From assembly GCF_009914755.1 (NCBI RefSeq), contig NC_060926.1: a DNA stretch of 64,000 bases; one strand, given 5' to 3'. Made by a program: the position numbers and the translations under genes. The notes below the pieces were generated by a model. The model saw nothing but the letters and a program-made list of their open reading frames with translations. It had not been told where the DNA came from and did no database searches. The stretch comes from the human T2T-CHM13v2.0 reference genome, Homo sapiens. Positions 59,157 through 64,000 of this stretch are shown in pieces (positions within the stretch are counted from its first letter, which is position 1; each line of letters opens with the position of its first letter).

Positions 59157-59756
59157 TTATGCTGTAATAAATGGGCTTTCCAGTGCTAATTATTTCTGCC
59201 TCTATACCAAAGTGGCCACAGGCCATGCTTCTCTTGGCTTCTGGGCTCTCTTCTGCCTTCCCTTATGACTCCCTGGGATTTACGCTTTCCATGCTGCTGT
59301 TTTTCGAGAGAAACAAATCACGTGTTGAAGTCCTGGCTAAGGAGCCGTCAGCTCCCAGCAGTTATTGGGACTCTGAGAACCGTGGTTGTCAGCTGTGAGG
59401 TGCAGGTTCCTTGTTCTCAGAAGCGTTCTAGCTGGCGGGAGCTGGACAGGTTTCCTCTGGAACACAATTTTACCTGGTTTCACATCTGACTGGCAGGAAA
59501 AAGGGAAGCAGGGCAAGTGAGGTTAGGGCTACCCGGGACAGACGGGGATGGACGGAGCCATGTCGTCAGCGCCCAGTGGAGTTCTGACTGTAAAGGAACA
59601 CACCGGTACGCCCTCCTTGTGAAGGATGCTATCCCTTCCCCACCACCGGTGATTTTGTCTCTGGGATAAATGTGAATTTTCACACCTGTTCTCTTAGGGT
59701 AGGAGTCAGCAAACTATGGCTCACAGGCCACATCCAGCCTGCTGCCTGTTTTTTAG

Positions 59757-60154
<398 letters not shown>

Positions 60155-60269
60155 TCAAAAGGATATTTTGTGGCACATGAAAATTGTGTGAGATTCACTT
60201 CAGCACTCAGAAAATATTATTGGAACATTAGCCACACCTGTTTTTTTATGTAGTCTGGGGCTGCTTTCA

Positions 60270-60985
<716 letters not shown>

Positions 60986-62119
60986 TCAGAGGATCAGGCC
61001 TTCCCTGCGAGTGTTCTGTAGTTAGGGATGACTGCCGGCCAGGGGGTCAGCCAGGTCAGTGTAGTGATGTCTGCAGAGACATTTACACCCAGAGACACAG
61101 ATGGAAAACAAATGGCTAGACTGGTCAAATGGGAGGGGTCTTTGTTTTATGGAATAAAACAAAGTTCCTTTTCAGTTCCTTCAGCGTATGAGCAAAACCC
61201 ATGTGATGTTTTCTCTCCCTTCATTCTGGGACTGCAAGCATTGAGGCCAGACAGGGTTCATTCCGAGCAGCGAAGGGAGTGTCGACAGACGGGAGCGTAC
61301 AGTGGAAAGAATCCCATCCTTGCCTTCCCCTTCCCTTCCTCCCTGGTCTTCCTCTTCTGCTTCTCCAGCCCCCGTCCTGTGCCTGGCTTTATGCTAGGTC
61401 CAGGAGATCCACCGGGGAGCTGAAGCCACTGGCACTGGTCCTTAGCTCTGGAGTTGACGGATCTTGTGTCACACCTTTTGCAGATGAAAATGCTGACTCT
61501 CCAGAACCCATTTATCCAGGGCTGCCAGGTGGCAGGTTCGAGATGAGGGACCCCTCTCTGCCAGCCCTGAGAACTACTTCCTCACTCATGTGTTTCTACC
61601 TTGTGGCTTTGGGGTGTGCTGGCCCAGAGGCTCATGGATGGGGCTTGAGCCCGTGGTCAGCCACATTGGTTCCCAGAAGCAGGGACGGCAGAGGCATGGA
61701 CAGCGCTGACCCAGAGTGCTCGGACCCGTCCTGGCAAAGCCATCTGGGCCTGAGGTTAAGGTTCAGCCCTGCCCTTTCATGTGATGGGACCAAGGCAGGG
61801 AAGGGGCTGAGCAGACTCGGGGCGGGGCCAGTGGCCAGTGCCCAGCATCACTCCAGACCCTGGCCATCGGTGGCAGGCTCACGTGGACAGAGTGCTCTGG
61901 AAAAGCCCTGGTTTTAGGATCAGAAACGTTGAATTTAGCACTTTCCTCAGGGCCTCTCATTCTTCCTTTTCCCATAAAAAAGAGACAGCTAAGTGACAGT
62001 GGAGGAAACCACCTCACACACTCTGAGCTTGAACTCAGAAGGTTCTCTGATAAAAGGGGATGAGAAAGGGGCAGGTGCCCTCCGGTAGCAGTAAATCTAC
62101 TTTTTCCCTGTCTTTGTAG

Positions 62120-62169
62120 GGCTGACAAGTCCACCCCACTGACCAACAAAGGCCAACCGAGAGGACCTG
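62120..62169 (+). CDS. ASAP2: ASAP2 exon ~25
   Basis: ttgtag|GGCTGA...ACCTG|gtaatt; 50 nt; ADKSTPLTNKGQPRGP. Confidence 0.94.
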
Positions 62170-62287
62170 GTAATTATTTAATTTGGGACTGAGTTTGTTT
62201 CTGCTTGGTCCATGGGGGCAATGTGGGGGATGTTTCCTGCCAGGTGGTCAGGACTGAGGGAGGGCCCAGCTGTCTGCCATTCCACAG

Positions 62288-63775
62288 CCCTCCTGCCCCC
62301 TCCCCTCCTGCCCCCTCCCCTCCTGCCCCCTCCCCTCCTGCCCCCTTCCCCTCCTGCCCCCTTCCCCTCCTGCCCCCTTCCCCTCCTGCCCCCTTCCCCT
62401 CCTGCCCCCTTCCCCTCCTGCCCTCCTGCCCCCTCCCCTCCTGCCCCCTTCCCCTCCTGCCCCCTTCCCCTCCTGCCCCCTTCCCCTCCTGCCCCCTTCC
62501 CCTCCTGCCCCCTTCCCCTCCTGCCCCCTCCCCTCCTGCCCCCTCCCCTCCTGCCCCCTTCCCCTCCTGCCCCCTTCCCCTCCTGCCCCCTTCCCCTCCT
62601 GCCCCCTTCCCCTCCTGCCCCCTTCCCCTCCTGCCCTCCTGCCCCCTCCCCTCCTGCCCCCTTCCCCTCCTGCCCCCTTCCCCTCCTGCCCCCTTCCCCT
62701 CCTGCCCCCTTCCCCTCCTGCCCCCTTCCCCTCCTGCCCCCTTCCCCTCCTGCCCTCCTGCCCCCTCCCCTCCTGCCCCCTTCCCCTCCTGCCCCCTTCC
62801 CCTCCTGCCCCCTTCCCCTCCTGCCCCCTTCCCCTCCTGCCCTCCTGCCCCCTCCCCTCCTGCCCCCTTCCCCTCCTGCCCCCTTCCCCTCCTGCCCCCT
62901 TCCCCTCCTGCCCCCTTCCCCTCCTGCCCTCCTGCCCCCTCCCCTCCTGCCCCCTTCCCCTCCTGCCCTCCTGCCCCCTCCCCTCCTGCCCTCCTGCCCC
63001 CTCCCCTCCTGCCCTCCTCCCCTCCTGCCCTCCTGCCCCCCTCCCCTCCTGCCCTCCTGCCCCCCTCCCCTCCTGCCCCCCTCCCCTCCTGCCCCCTCCC
63101 CTCCTGCCCTCCTGCCCCCTCCCCTCCTGCCCTCCTCCCCTCCTGCCCTCCTGCCCCCCTCCCCTCCTGCCCTCCTCCCCTCCTGCCCTCCTGCCCCCTC
63201 CCCTCCTGCCCTCCTCCCCTCCTGCCCTCCTGCCCCCCTCCCCTCCTGCCCCTTCCCCTCCTGCCCTCCTGCCCCCCTCCCCTCCTGCCCACCTTCCCTC
63301 CTGCCCCCTCCCCTCCTGCCCTCCTGCCCCCCTCCCCTTCTGCCCTCCTGCCCCCCTCCCCTCCTGTACCCCTCCCCCCTCCCCTCCTGTACCCCTCCCC
63401 CCTCCTGCCCCCTCCCCTCCTGCCCCCTGCCCCCCTCCCCTCCTGCCCCCTCCCTTCCTACCCCCTCCCCTCCTGCCCCCTCCCCTCCTCCCCTCATGCC
63501 CTCCTGCCCCCTCCCCTCCTGCCCCCCCTCCCCTCCTCCCCTCCTGCCCCCCTCCCCTCCTGCCCTCTTCCCCTCCTTCCTTCCCTCCTTCCTTCCTTCC
63601 TCCCCCACTCCTGCCTTCCTCTGCTCCCTTCTCCTCCTCTCCCCCTCCCTCCCCCATCTCATGCCTTCCTCCCCCGCCACCTGCCTTCCTCCACCCCTCC
63701 CTTCCCCTCCCCTCCTCTCACCCTCCTCCCTGCCTTCCTCCTCCCTCCTCCCTCCTGCCATCCTCCCTCCTCCCT
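62288..63775. repeat. C-rich minisatellite/VNTR, units GCCCCCTTCCCCTCCT (16), GCCCCCTCCCCTCCT (15), GCCCTCCT (8), decaying into (CCTT/CCT)n
   Basis: directly visible tandem array starting ~118 nt after the exon 25 donor. Confidence 0.97.
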
Positions 63776-64000
63776 CGGCCTCTGAGACCCCTGCTCCTGA
63801 GCAGCTCAGTCCTGGGGCCCCTCACCTGTCCCCTCCTGCTGACATGGCAGGCTCACTGGGGGACACTCGCTGCCACACAAGCTCTCCAAGGTCTGCATCC
63901 AAGTCAGAAGGTTCCCTTTCCCCTCAACAGATCGGAACACCTGGGGAAACCTGCTTTCAGACACACCCTGTGGCTTGTACATTGTTTACATCTCATGGCT

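Noticed and set aside
62288-63560. Integrated EBV fragment or CRISPR-like array
   Set aside because: No flanking viral sequence, unit lengths break a Gly-Ala frame, and there are no unique spacers
62174-63785. Four long ORFs (372-527 aa) over the VNTR as real genes
   Set aside because: They are stop-free only because of base composition. Read-through from exon 25 hits TGA within 8 codons, so the Pro-rich ORF is not an ASAP2 extension.

Overview
Human (primate) genomic DNA covering the middle of ASAP2 (DDEF2/AMAP2/PAP; Arf-GAP with BAR, PH, ArfGAP, ankyrin, proline-rich and SH3 domains) on the + strand. I reconstructed 16 consecutive coding exons. All have AG/GT boundaries and matching phases, and together they encode roughly residues 284-912 (DSQIRQ...GQPRGP): PH domain, ArfGAP zinc finger, ankyrin repeats and the proline-rich region. 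Exon numbers 10-25 and residue numbers come from my recollection of the reference protein. The introns are dense in repeats: over 30 Alus, plus L1, MIR, MER6, MER58, MER63-like, THE1/MST, MLT1 and a nested MER21/LTR8/L1PA/Alu stack. The window ends in a ~1.5 kb C-rich minisatellite. I see no prokaryote-type system (CRISPR etc.) and no convincing new protein-coding gene; almost all ORF-track entries are Alu, L1 or repeat artefacts. Best leads: a stop-free in-frame exon 12-15 circle; a UG/UGCAUG-loaded acceptor on a symmetric cassette exon; a candidate TDP-43-type poison exon behind a (GT)26 repeat; a four-Alu competing-structure cassette around exon 20; the PRDM9-motif/EBV-IR3-like VNTR; and several local DNA-repair scars. 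Repeat family names are from recognition of consensus motifs and their edges are approximate.
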